A stretch of 64,000 nucleotides of DNA, from contig JAZAHK010000003.1 in assembly GCA_036231405.1 (NCBI GenBank), forward strand, positions 220,416 to 284,415, in the 5' to 3' direction. The notes under the pieces were generated by a model. The model was not told the origin of the DNA. It was given only the letters and a program-made list of their open reading frames with translations, and did not search any database. This document shows, one piece after another, positions 29,609-39,056 of the stretch (position 1 is the stretch's first letter; every line of letters starts with the position of its first letter). The position numbers and the translations under genes were made by a program. The stretch comes from Nitrospinota bacterium (GTDB taxonomy: Bacteria > UBA8248).

Positions 29609-30727
29609 TTAAGAATTAAAAAAATCTTCAATTGTTTCAATAACATGGGAAAGTTGTTCTTCGTTAAGACCTTGGTAAATAGGCAAACTTAGAATTTTTT
29701 TTGCCTGCTCTTCTGCAACAGGGAAACTCCCTTTCTGGTACCCCAATTTAAGACCAATAGATTGTAAGTGGATAGGAACAGGATAATGGATTGCAGTTTG
29801 AATTCCTCTTGAAGAAAGAAAACTCTTCAGTTCATCACGTTTCTCAGTTTGAATAATATATGTGTGGAAAACTGATTTTTCTTTCTCAGTCGGGACGGGA
29901 AGAATCAAATTATCAAAATGAGAAAGTCCATTCTCATAAAAAATTGCGTTTGAGATCCTTTGTTCAGTCCATTCTTCTATATACTTCATTTTCACGAGTA
30001 GAATCGCAGCTTGTAAATTATCTAATCTACTATTTCCACTCCAAAACTCACAGTCATCTCTTGTTCTCAGACCTAAATTCCTCAAAACTTTCATTTTATC
30101 GAACAAATCCTCATTATCTGTGGTGATAATGCCTCCATCCCCGATAGCACTTAATGTTTTTAACGGGTGCAAGCTAAAACAACCAGTAATCCCAAAAGAA
30201 CCTACCTTCTTTCCATTATATTCCGCTAAGAACGCCTGAGCGGAATCTTCTACTATATGTAATCCGTATCGATCACTAATTTCAACTAAAGGAGCCATTT
30301 TTGAAGGTCTACCGGTTAAATGAACTGGCAAAATAGCTTTTGTTTTTTTAGAAATCTTTTCCTCAACCTTAAAAGGATCAATATTAAGGTCATCTCCAAC
30401 ATCAACAAAAACAGGTTTTGCACCTAAAAGAGCAATAGCACTAGAGGTTGCTACAAAGGAATTGGGGACAGTGATCACTTCATCATCTTCGCCAATATCC
30501 AAGGCGCGCAAAGAAAGTATTAGGGCATCAGTTCCTGAATTCACACCAATTGCATATTTAGTTTCACACTTTTCTGCAAATTTCTCTTCAAACTTTGAGA
30601 CCTCTTCACCAAGAATAAAATTGCCATTTTGGATAACATTAGAAATCTCTTGAATTATCTCATCATGGACAATCGAATTTAGAGAGGCTACATCTACGTA
30701 AGGAACGTTAATTTTTCCAGAACTCAT
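29609..30727 (-). CDS. DegT/DnrJ/EryC1/StrS sugar aminotransferase
   Basis: NSGTDAL, PVHLTG, EDSAQA, SLHPLKT and NSRLD. Confidence 0.92.
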   Translation of the reverse strand: MSSGKINVPYVDVASLNSIVHDEIIQEISNVIQNGNFILGEEVSKFEEKFAEKCETKYAIGVNSGTDALILSLRALDIGEDDEVITVPNSFVATSSAIALLGAKPVFVDVGDDLNIDPFKVEEKISKKTKAILPVHLTGRPSKMAPLVEISDRYGLHIVEDSAQAFLAEYNGKKVGSFGITGCFSLHPLKTLSAIGDGGIITTDNEDLFDKMKVLRNLGLRTRDDCEFWSGNSRLDNLQAAILLVKMKYIEEWTEQRISNAIFYENGLSHFDNLILPVPTEKEKSVFHTYIIQTEKRDELKSFLSSRGIQTAIHYPVPIHLQSIGLKLGYQKGSFPVAEEQAKKILSLPIYQGLNEEQLSHVIETIEDFFNS

Positions 30728-30782
30728 GAATAGAGCCTTGTGGTTAGTAAAATTTCTAGTTTTATTTTAAAAAAAAATTCCG

Positions 30783-31892
30783 TTAAACAAAATTGATGTG
30801 TTCCGGCTCGGGCAAACTTGAGGAAGGATCCAAAGTAAATTCACCTTTCTTATATCCATCTAAAAACTCGTTGACCTTGTGCTGCAAGCAAAGCGTTCCG
30901 CACATCTTTTGAGCATTAAATCTTGGAGATGCTAGATAATTCACTATTTCCCAATACTTATCACTTTGTATAATATCTTTGAATCTTTGGTCTACAATGT
31001 TACCCATATGAAATTTTTGATATCTATCATTAAAAAGCATACCACAAGGAGCTACAAGACCTGACCCCGAAAGCTGGAGCATAAATGGAGGTCCATAGCA
31101 TCTTTGATAACTTCTAATCCCGCTAGCCTCAATCTTTGACCATTTGACTACAACCTTGTAATCTTCATCAGATAGGTCTTCAGCTTCTTTCAGTTTTCCA
31201 TATAGACTTTCGTATGCATCATAATCAACTCCAAGATCTCCATCTTCATTGTCGCTACAATGTTTAATAACTAGGTAATCTGGTCTTAGTTCTTTTCCTA
31301 ATTTAGCTAAAGGAAGAATCTGATCCCCATATTCAGGCATCAAAACCATTTGAAGACCGATCGTGACTGGCAAATTATTTTCTTTTTTGATTTCAACCAT
31401 ATCTTTAATATTCTCACACACTCGATGAAACCATTCCTCTTTCGCACCCATGATCTGTGCATATCTTTTCGGTTCTCCAGCAGAAATATTTACTCTGAAA
31501 TAAGTTAGATGGGGAAGTATTTCCTCAGCTTTTCTTTTATTTATAACTAATCCATTTGTGCCAACTGCCATCGAAATACCAAGTTCACTTCCTCTTTTTA
31601 CAGTATCCATAAAAACAGGCGAAATCGTACTTTCTCCATCTGAAACTAAACTTATTCCTTTTACTCCAATCTCTGCAGAATCTTCTAAAAAAGAATAAAT
31701 AACATCTCTATCTATTCTTTTCCTTAAATTTTCTTGAAGCATGGCATAACAAAAATGACAAGCATAATTACAAGAACGAGTAAGAGCCATATCAATGGTT
31801 ATTGGCGCGATACGTTCTCCATTTTCCCAAGCTTTGATTCGCTCTGCGTGCCACTCAATTTTCGTACCATCTAAAATGAGATCGGTAGTAAT
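30783..31892 (-). CDS. Radical SAM protein with a SPASM/twitch-type C-terminus; probable ATT start
   Basis: CNYACHFC motif and C-terminal CYG...APCG...CGTLC. The frame is open 34 codons upstream of the track ATG (31790), reaching ATT at 31892, 6 nt after AGGAGG. Confidence 0.85.
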   Translation of the reverse strand: MTTDLILDGTKIEWHAERIKAWENGERIAPITIDMALTRSCNYACHFCYAMLQENLRKRIDRDVIYSFLEDSAEIGVKGISLVSDGESTISPVFMDTVKRGSELGISMAVGTNGLVINKRKAEEILPHLTYFRVNISAGEPKRYAQIMGAKEEWFHRVCENIKDMVEIKKENNLPVTIGLQMVLMPEYGDQILPLAKLGKELRPDYLVIKHCSDNEDGDLGVDYDAYESLYGKLKEAEDLSDEDYKVVVKWSKIEASGIRSYQRCYGPPFMLQLSGSGLVAPCGMLFNDRYQKFHMGNIVDQRFKDIIQSDKYWEIVNYLASPRFNAQKMCGTLCLQHKVNEFLDGYKKGEFTLDPSSSLPEPEHINFV

Positions 31893-31919
31893 ATTGAACC
31901 TCCTAAATGTTTATAATTA

Positions 31920-32648
31920 TTAAATTCTTCTAATAGAATTCAAATCTTTGACCTCTTCAAGTTCTACATACAAACTTTCTTCTAATTCCTTTTTTAGAAC
32001 ATTCTCGAAATTGATTAACAATTGAGCAAAATCCATATTATCAGACCTATTTAGTGAACGGATAATCAATTTCACATCTTTCTCAATTTCAACTACTTCA
32101 AGTTGTTCATCACTTTGAGTCTCTAACAAAAATTTATCTAATAAACACTTTACCCTTTTCAGTCTATCGGCACTACTTAAACTTAACCAACCTTCCGAAA
32201 ATTGTCTATCGAAAAAATTAATCGTTGGTTTATAGTTTTTTTCTACACAATATTCTTTAAAAATTTCCCGAATTAACTTTAAAGGATATCTGAAAATAGG
32301 ATCCGCATTTTCAGGTGTGACAATTCCTGGAACAGGCACACAAACGGAACGATCTCTCAAGTTATCTTCTATGATGATGCAAGCGTGATCTGCTGCTTCT
32401 TGTATAGGCAACTCGATGATTTGTTTACAAAAAAGTTCCATTAATTTTCTTATATAAGAAGAACTTCCGTCCTTATGGAGGGCTTTTTTTACAATATGAG
32501 TCATTGGATCAATTAAAACAGAAAGAGTAACTCCATTCCAAGAAGAAGATAAAAGAACTAGATTCTTTTGTTCTTTGAGAAAACCTTCCATATTTAAGGA
32601 CGCATTCATACTACCTAATGATTTCTCATATGCGGGATGAACATTCAT
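31920..32648 (-). CDS. Hypothetical protein with NifU/IscU-like and Nfu-like segments
   Basis: LSVLIDPMTHIVKKA...ELFCKQIIELPIQEAA resembles the IscU core; WLSLSSADRLKRV...LEVVEI...FENVLKKEL resembles Nfu. Canonical Cys motifs are not evident. Confidence 0.55.
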   Translation of the reverse strand: MNVHPAYEKSLGSMNASLNMEGFLKEQKNLVLLSSSWNGVTLSVLIDPMTHIVKKALHKDGSSSYIRKLMELFCKQIIELPIQEAADHACIIIEDNLRDRSVCVPVPGIVTPENADPIFRYPLKLIREIFKEYCVEKNYKPTINFFDRQFSEGWLSLSSADRLKRVKCLLDKFLLETQSDEQLEVVEIEKDVKLIIRSLNRSDNMDFAQLLINFENVLKKELEESLYVELEEVKDLNSIRRI

Positions 32649-32968
32649 TGTAAGCTACCTGATATTTGAATCTCGATTCCATTATCAAAGCTTATAGTTT
32701 TCAAATTAGCAAATGATGATAATGTTTTTTTAAGTGCCATCAAATCTATTTTCTGAACAATTTCTTTACTTAAAAATATCTTAAATTCCTCTTTCCCAGA
32801 AATTTGTACTGATTCGATAAGGTTCAAAATACTTTTCTCATGGTCTTCGTCTGGAACCCACATATCAAGCATATCAAATGATTGCCTAAAACCTCTGAGT
32901 TTGTTGTCTATATTATTCACATAATCGGCTAATAAATCTTCGTAATTAAACTTAATTTCTTTATCCAT
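32645..32968 (-). CDS. Hypothetical protein
   Basis: 107-aa ORF translationally coupled to the next gene by an ATGA overlap. Confidence 0.75.
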   Translation of the reverse strand: MDKEIKFNYEDLLADYVNNIDNKLRGFRQSFDMLDMWVPDEDHEKSILNLIESVQISGKEEFKIFLSKEIVQKIDLMALKKTLSSFANLKTISFDNGIEIQISGSLQ

Positions 32969-32974
32969 AAATAT

Positions 32975-33697
32975 TTAATCTTCCTGAATTGTATTTTTCT
33001 TATCAAACCGAAGTTCACAAAAAAGAGAAAAAATTGTTTTAATCACAGCAAACAGATTGTCTCTTGTAAACGATTTTGAATTTCCATGTTCTCTTTTCCC
33101 GTTAAGAATCCCAATCTCGGTATAACTATACCCTCTATAAATCAACCGAATAAGTATAGAAGCCATATAAGCATGGCCCGTAGTTTCTATCGGAACCGAG
33201 CGGAGCAGTCTCGTACTAATGATTGTATGACCATTGAAATATTTTAATCTGCATCCAAATAAAATATTTAAAATGTATATAAAAACTTTGGAAATAATTC
33301 TCCTGGATAGAGGCCTTACCAAAGGATTCGTGAAAAAAGAAATCACCATATCCTTTTTCCCAGTGTGTCCAAGTAACTTGGCCAAAGATTCCTTTGGCAA
33401 CTCATTGTCACCAGGAACCATTACACAAAAATCACAATTAGATAATTCAACTCCCTTCCTAAAACTGTACCCCATTCCTGAACGAACTTTATTATCAAAC
33501 GACTTAACAAATTTATTTTGTATACTAAGATTTTTAGCCAGATTACCTGTATTATCTTCACTTGCATCGTTAAAAACTAATATCTCAAAATCTTTAATTT
33601 TTTTCTGTGACATAGCACTTATTATTGTTTGAACCGTTGAATCCAAACTCTTTTCTTCATTATAACAGGGAACGATAACTGAAATTGAATAATCCAC
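32975..33697 (-). CDS. GT2 glycosyltransferase (polyprenol-phosphate/DPM1-like)
   Basis: SVIVPCYNEE, NDASEDNT, GYSFRKG, PGDNE, RPLSRRIIS and REHGNSK. Confidence 0.88.
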   Translation of the reverse strand: MDYSISVIVPCYNEEKSLDSTVQTIISAMSQKKIKDFEILVFNDASEDNTGNLAKNLSIQNKFVKSFDNKVRSGMGYSFRKGVELSNCDFCVMVPGDNELPKESLAKLLGHTGKKDMVISFFTNPLVRPLSRRIISKVFIYILNILFGCRLKYFNGHTIISTRLLRSVPIETTGHAYMASILIRLIYRGYSYTEIGILNGKREHGNSKSFTRDNLFAVIKTIFSLFCELRFDKKNTIQED

Positions 33698-33707
33698 TTA
33701 GGAAATC

Positions 33708-34787
33708 TTAAAAAGGACCTTGAAAAATAGGTTTCTCTTCTTTTGAAAAGGATTTACGATTTTTATTCGAACCCGAAGAAACTTTATCTGAGGTTTTATC
33801 GTAGTTCATTAATTCTTTTATTGAAAAAACTATTTCATCCTGTCCAAAATAAAAAATCTTTTCTAATGCAGGACTACAAGGAGTAGGGACATCTGCAAGA
33901 GCTAGCCTACTAACAGGAGCATATAATTCATTCCAAAGTGTTTCCGAAACCCTAGCCACTATCTCAGCATTAACGCCAAAGCTTAATGAACCTTGGTCTA
34001 ATACTAGAAGTCTACCTGTTTTTGCGACTGATTCTAAAACCATTTCTTGGTCCCAAGGCTGAATTGTCTGTAAATCAATGACTTCAACGTTTACTTTTTC
34101 TTCAGAAACAATTTTCGCGGCCTTCATAGCTTCACTTGCCATCAAAGAAAAAGCTACAATAGTGAGATCTGCCCCTTCTTTTAATTTCATAGCTTTACCT
34201 AAAGGAATGTCAATAGGATTAATAGGAATTTCACCTTCGTGGCCATATAACCACCTATGTTCTAGAAAGATCACAGGACTTTCATCAGAAATACTAGACA
34301 TAAGTAGACCCTTAGCATTTGCTGGATTACTAGGCATAACTACTTTAAGGCCAGGAACTTGCGCAAACATTGAATGGAACGATTGTGAATGTTGTGCAGC
34401 CTGACCCCATCCCCTTCCTATGATCGCTCTAATTGTCATAGGACATGACGTCCTACCTCCAGACATATAACTCCACTTCGCAGCATTATTGACAATTTGA
34501 TCCATCGTGAGCATTAGAAAATCGTTTCTTGCATGAACAAGTACAGGCCGAGTCCCAGAAAGAGAAGAACCAACTGCAACACCTGTCATCGTATTTTCTG
34601 AAAGTGGGATATCGAAGACACGATCACTACCAAACTTTTTAAAGGCATCTAATGTCGTACCGAAAAGACCTTTAGGATCATCTACACCTGCTCCCATAAT
34701 GAAAACATTAGGATCTATCTCCATAGCTTGGACTAGAGCTTCACTTATTGCTTCAGAAAAAAGAACATTTCTCACATCGTTTATCAT
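33708..34787 (-). CDS. ThDP-dependent 2-oxoacid dehydrogenase E1 beta-like subunit
   Basis: RVFDIPLSEN, DQIVNNAAK, AAQHSQ, PGLKVVMP and PVIFLEHRWLY. Confidence 0.9.
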   Translation of the reverse strand: MINDVRNVLFSEAISEALVQAMEIDPNVFIMGAGVDDPKGLFGTTLDAFKKFGSDRVFDIPLSENTMTGVAVGSSLSGTRPVLVHARNDFLMLTMDQIVNNAAKWSYMSGGRTSCPMTIRAIIGRGWGQAAQHSQSFHSMFAQVPGLKVVMPSNPANAKGLLMSSISDESPVIFLEHRWLYGHEGEIPINPIDIPLGKAMKLKEGADLTIVAFSLMASEAMKAAKIVSEEKVNVEVIDLQTIQPWDQEMVLESVAKTGRLLVLDQGSLSFGVNAEIVARVSETLWNELYAPVSRLALADVPTPCSPALEKIFYFGQDEIVFSIKELMNYDKTSDKVSSGSNKNRKSFSKEEKPIFQGPF

Positions 34788-35777
34788 TTAATAAACACCT
34801 TCAAATAAATCAGTTTTCGAAGGAAATGGACTATTCTTAGCGAAATCGAAAGCAGCAGTAATATTTTCATCAGTTATATTTCTAATTTCTTCCAATTTTT
34901 TTTCTTGAATATTTTGTTCTTTTATTAAATAACTTTCAAAACTTTTAATTGGACATTTCTCAATCCAAGAATCTAATTCATCTCTAGTACGATACCCAAC
35001 GTCGATATCTTCATTAGGCCCCACATGATCTAGCCATCTATATGTCCTACATTCTATTAGAGTAGGACCATCACCATTTCTTGCTTTACTAATAGCCTCT
35101 CTTGAAGCATTCAGAACATCCATAATATCATTGCCATCTGTTCTGACACCAAACATATTAGAGAATTTTGCACGCTCAAAAATATTGTCTAAAGGTTGTC
35201 TCTTTGGAAGAGAAGAATATGTGGCGTACAAGTTATTTTCACAAACAAAGATTACTGGTAAATTACGTAGAGATGCAAATTGCAAACTTTCATAAAAAAC
35301 TCCCTGTTCTGTCGCCCCGTCACCAAAAAAAGCAACTGCCACATTCTTCTTTTTTTTGAGTTGATATGTCATCGCAGAACCTAATGCCAGTGGAATAGAA
35401 CCTCCAACTATCGCAGAAGCACCCATCATTCCAACTTCAACATCAATGAGATGCATAGAACCACCCTTACCAGAAGCACATCCATCTATTTTTCCATATA
35501 GTTCCGCTATCATCGAAGGCAAATTACCACCTTTTGCAAGATAATGGCCGTGGCACCTATGGGTACTATAAACATGATCTTCATGATTTAAAAATTCACA
35601 TACTCCAACCGCACACGCTTCCTGCCCTATTGAGAAATGAACGGGGCAACGCATTTCTTGTTCTGGATAAGATTCTACTATTCTTTCTTCTACTCTTCTT
35701 ATCTCATACAATTTTTTATAGATGCTAAGATTAGATTTCTCATTGAGAATCAATGAATTTTCTGAATCTTTATTCAT
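34788..35777 (-). CDS. ThDP-dependent 2-oxoacid dehydrogenase E1 alpha-like subunit
   Basis: HFSIGQEA, STHRCHGH, GKGGSMH, GDGA...ENN and TYRWLDH. Confidence 0.9.
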   Translation of the reverse strand: MNKDSENSLILNEKSNLSIYKKLYEIRRVEERIVESYPEQEMRCPVHFSIGQEACAVGVCEFLNHEDHVYSTHRCHGHYLAKGGNLPSMIAELYGKIDGCASGKGGSMHLIDVEVGMMGASAIVGGSIPLALGSAMTYQLKKKKNVAVAFFGDGATEQGVFYESLQFASLRNLPVIFVCENNLYATYSSLPKRQPLDNIFERAKFSNMFGVRTDGNDIMDVLNASREAISKARNGDGPTLIECRTYRWLDHVGPNEDIDVGYRTRDELDSWIEKCPIKSFESYLIKEQNIQEKKLEEIRNITDENITAAFDFAKNSPFPSKTDLFEGVY

Positions 35778-35792
35778 TACAAAACTCCAAAA

Positions 35793-36806
35793 TCAAATTT
35801 TCAAGAGATTTTCCATATGCTTGGAGACCATTTTAACGTTGAAATATTTCCGATTATTTAATGTATCTACAAGTAAACCAGAGCGTATTGCATCAGATAA
35901 CTCGATGATAGCATCATCTATTTTTCTTTTTGCAGAAAATCCAATAGTCTCCTTAATTTTGTCAGAACAAATGTGGTAGGAACGATTATCATCTGTAGGA
36001 GTCTGCACTATTTTCACATCGTCTTTACCAACATACTTTTGAACTAGATCCGCCAACTCGGAAACCTTATGATTTTGTGCTCCAACATTAAATGCCTCTC
36101 CAGCAATCAAGGATGATTCGACTTTAACAAGTAAAGTATACAAGTCAGTTAAGTCTTCTATATGTATGTTTGGCCTTTTTTGCTCTCCTCCAAAAACACT
36201 AATACTTCCTGTATTTACTGCTAAATTAGTAAGAATATTCACAACCAAATCTAGTCGCTGTCTAGGAGAATATCCACATACTGTAGCTGAACGGATCGCA
36301 ACAGTAGTAAAATCTTCTGACTGATTCTTAAATAAAAATTCTTCCCCAAGTGCCTTATATTTCGAATAATCAGTTAAGGGCTCAAGACTAACTTCCTCTG
36401 TTACATTTTCTTCTGCTTTAATGCCGTAAACACTTGAACTTGAAGCGTAAACAAAACGTTTTACTCCTGAATCTTTAGCGGCTGAAACTAAATTACAAAG
36501 AGCATCATAATTAATTGATTTTCCAAGTTCAGGATTTAATTCGTAGCTTGGGTCATTCGCAATACAAGCAAGATGGATAACAACATCAACATTTTTTAGA
36601 CAATTTTCCATCAAGCTTCTATCCCTTATATCTCCTTGAATCTCTTCCAAAAAGTGGCCAGATTTGCAATGAGAAAATAAATTTTTTTCAAAAAGATACA
36701 AATCAACTACTCTTACTTTGTAACCTCTGCTGAGAAGTTTAGGAACTAAAATGCTACCCACATAACCCGCACCTCCAGTGACTAGAACCGTTAATTTTTC
36801 GCTCAT
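35793..36806 (-). CDS. NAD-dependent NDP-sugar epimerase/dehydratase (extended SDR)
   Basis: TGGAGYVGS, HLACIANDP, ASSSSVYG, YSKYK and RLDLVVN. Confidence 0.9.
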   Translation of the reverse strand: MSEKLTVLVTGGAGYVGSILVPKLLSRGYKVRVVDLYLFEKNLFSHCKSGHFLEEIQGDIRDRSLMENCLKNVDVVIHLACIANDPSYELNPELGKSINYDALCNLVSAAKDSGVKRFVYASSSSVYGIKAEENVTEEVSLEPLTDYSKYKALGEEFLFKNQSEDFTTVAIRSATVCGYSPRQRLDLVVNILTNLAVNTGSISVFGGEQKRPNIHIEDLTDLYTLLVKVESSLIAGEAFNVGAQNHKVSELADLVQKYVGKDDVKIVQTPTDDNRSYHICSDKIKETIGFSAKRKIDDAIIELSDAIRSGLLVDTLNNRKYFNVKMVSKHMENLLKI

Positions 36807-36858
36807 TTTTTTCCTTATTGATTAAAATTTTTGAATCTATGTATTCACTTCTTCGGGC

Positions 36859-37455
36859 TTAAGAGAGATCTCCTGCCTGGTAAAAACCATAATCCAAAAT
36901 AGCATGACATATTGAAGTATGAACTAATTCGACAAAACCATAAAATTTTGAAGGGACATAAAAATTGATTTCACCCATACTTCTAAGTTTATTTTCAGGG
37001 GAAAATCCAGATAAGGTCACCACCTTACAACCTAGATCTAAGGAAGCTAAAACTCCTTTGTGTATATTAGTCGAGTTTCCAGAACTACTTATTGCAAAAA
37101 TAATATCATTTGTCCTACAAGAGCCAATAATTGATTTTTCAAAAACAAACTCGAAACCAAAATCATTTGATATACAGGTGATCATTGACGCATCACTAAA
37201 ACATCCAGCTTTAATCCCTCCATTTTTCCAAAAATCAACTGCCATATGACTTGCAATCGAAGCACTACCACCATTCCCTATAAAATAGATTTTTCCTCCC
37301 CCTTTATGTGCAGAATCGATGATTTCTACTGCATTAGAAAAGCCCTTCTCAAGCTCTAAGACATTCCCGCTTTTATCCGAAACTTGAGTATTTGAGAAAA
37401 GAGAGGATAAATCTTCAAAATAATCTTCAAAATTTCTTTTTGGATTATCATTCAT
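36859..37455 (-). CDS. SIS-domain phosphosugar isomerase (GmhA-like)
   Basis: FIGNGGSASIASH, TCISND, ISSSGNS and VELVH. Confidence 0.85.
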   Translation of the reverse strand: MNDNPKRNFEDYFEDLSSLFSNTQVSDKSGNVLELEKGFSNAVEIIDSAHKGGGKIYFIGNGGSASIASHMAVDFWKNGGIKAGCFSDASMITCISNDFGFEFVFEKSIIGSCRTNDIIFAISSSGNSTNIHKGVLASLDLGCKVVTLSGFSPENKLRSMGEINFYVPSKFYGFVELVHTSICHAILDYGFYQAGDLS

Positions 37456-39014
37456 TTCAAAAGCACCGTTAAGAACTTAAATAAATCGACCGGTTTAACA
37501 ACTGAGCGGTTGCCTACAATAGAAACGGCCATTGCACCTACGGCATTACCTATAAAGCCAACCATTTCCATAGGAAATCCTGCCTTCACACATGGTGCAG
37601 TCACAGAGATATATGCATCCCCTGCTCCAATTGTATCAACTACTTTTGATGAAAAAACAGGAGTATGAAAAACCTTCTCAGAAAGAGAATAAGAAATAGA
37701 TCCCAAATGCCCTCTTGTGATTGAGGACTTCTTAATATTTAATTTTTCTACGGTTTTAATCAGCAAATCTTCAATCTCACCAAATCTATCGGTTGTTGCC
37801 AATCTAAACTCGGGCTCATCTACACAAAGATAATCGATGCGCGGATATTTAGTAATCAAATTGTAACCAATATTATCACTATTCGTCTGAGTATTCACTG
37901 CAAGAAAATTAGATTTTTCACATATTACCCTAACTACATTCTCACCGATAAAACCGTGCCCATAATCCAAAACAAGAGTCATATCATATTCCTGCAAAAC
38001 ATCTTCAAGATATTCAACAATTTGGTTCTGAAAAGTCTGGGAGGAAGATCCCTCTTTCAAAAATCCTATCTCAAACATCTTCCTTAAAAACGCATTCTCT
38101 ACAAACCTTTTCTTCACTATTGTTCTTTTATCATCCTCATAAAAAAACTTTGGTGTTATATTTGAACTTAGGTTCTGTCTTATAAAATCCTCTCTGCTAT
38201 CTATAGAACCAAGCCCAGTCAATAAATCAACTTTTTCACAAAAACCTGCGACATGATTTGCTCCTGCTAAAACACCTCCCGCAAAAACTTCCTCATCTAA
38301 GAAACGAGTAGTAATTATCGGCTCTTTAGATGACTTGCCCATAGGCTTACAATAACAGTATTCATCTATAATGGTTTCGCCAATTACCAAAACCTTCATA
38401 TCTCTCAAATTTTTCAGATTTTTAATTATCTCTTCAGAAGAATAAGAGTTTTGAAAATTAGCAAAAAATGTTTTCACTTCATCCGAATACATCCCAAAAT
38501 GATTGTTTATTAACTCTGAAGAACTGTAAGTAATTTCTCGTGTGATATGCAAACGCCCACCAATATTCTCGACTGCATCTAATTCTTCTTTTATTCCACC
38601 AGTAATATCTTTATCGGGACTCGAATAGTCCTCTCCTTTAACGTATACATCTGGCTGTATTCTTTTTATGGCTTCAACTGCGGTCGGATTATGGTTTATT
38701 ACAACGTAGTCTACTGCTTCTATCGAGGATAAAGCTTCAGAACGGATATTTTCATCAAAAACTGGACGATTAGGACCCTTGTTCACATAAGCATCTGAAG
38801 TCAGGGAAACAACAAGAATATCACCCTGCTTTTTAGCAGCTTGGAAATGAAAAATATGACCAGGGTGTATAAGATCAAATACCCCATGGCATTGTACTAT
38901 TATTTTATTTTCACTTTTGAGTTTGGAAATAAGAAAACTCAAATCTTCGTAAGAGAGAATCTTCTTCTTTTCCTCGTTCGATTTATCTAGTGGCAATTTT
39001 AAAATTCCTGACAA
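37452..39014 (-). CDS. Bifunctional nucleotidyltransferase plus PfkB kinase (HldE/RfaE-like, reversed domain order)
   Basis: N-terminal HGVFDLIHPGH, NKGPNRP and YVKGEDY; C-terminal VIGETIID, DYGHG and DTIGAGD. Confidence 0.88.
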   Translation of the reverse strand: MSGILKLPLDKSNEEKKKILSYEDLSFLISKLKSENKIIVQCHGVFDLIHPGHIFHFQAAKKQGDILVVSLTSDAYVNKGPNRPVFDENIRSEALSSIEAVDYVVINHNPTAVEAIKRIQPDVYVKGEDYSSPDKDITGGIKEELDAVENIGGRLHITREITYSSSELINNHFGMYSDEVKTFFANFQNSYSSEEIIKNLKNLRDMKVLVIGETIIDEYCYCKPMGKSSKEPIITTRFLDEEVFAGGVLAGANHVAGFCEKVDLLTGLGSIDSREDFIRQNLSSNITPKFFYEDDKRTIVKKRFVENAFLRKMFEIGFLKEGSSSQTFQNQIVEYLEDVLQEYDMTLVLDYGHGFIGENVVRVICEKSNFLAVNTQTNSDNIGYNLITKYPRIDYLCVDEPEFRLATTDRFGEIEDLLIKTVEKLNIKKSSITRGHLGSISYSLSEKVFHTPVFSSKVVDTIGAGDAYISVTAPCVKAGFPMEMVGFIGNAVGAMAVSIVGNRSVVKPVDLFKFLTVLLK

Positions 39015-39056
39015 TAATATCTAAGAAAGAAAAACAAAAAAATCTAAATTCACACC

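Noticed and set aside
33708-35777. Housekeeping pyruvate dehydrogenase
   Set aside because: No E2/E3 genes adjacent, and the pair is embedded in a sugar-nucleotide cluster.
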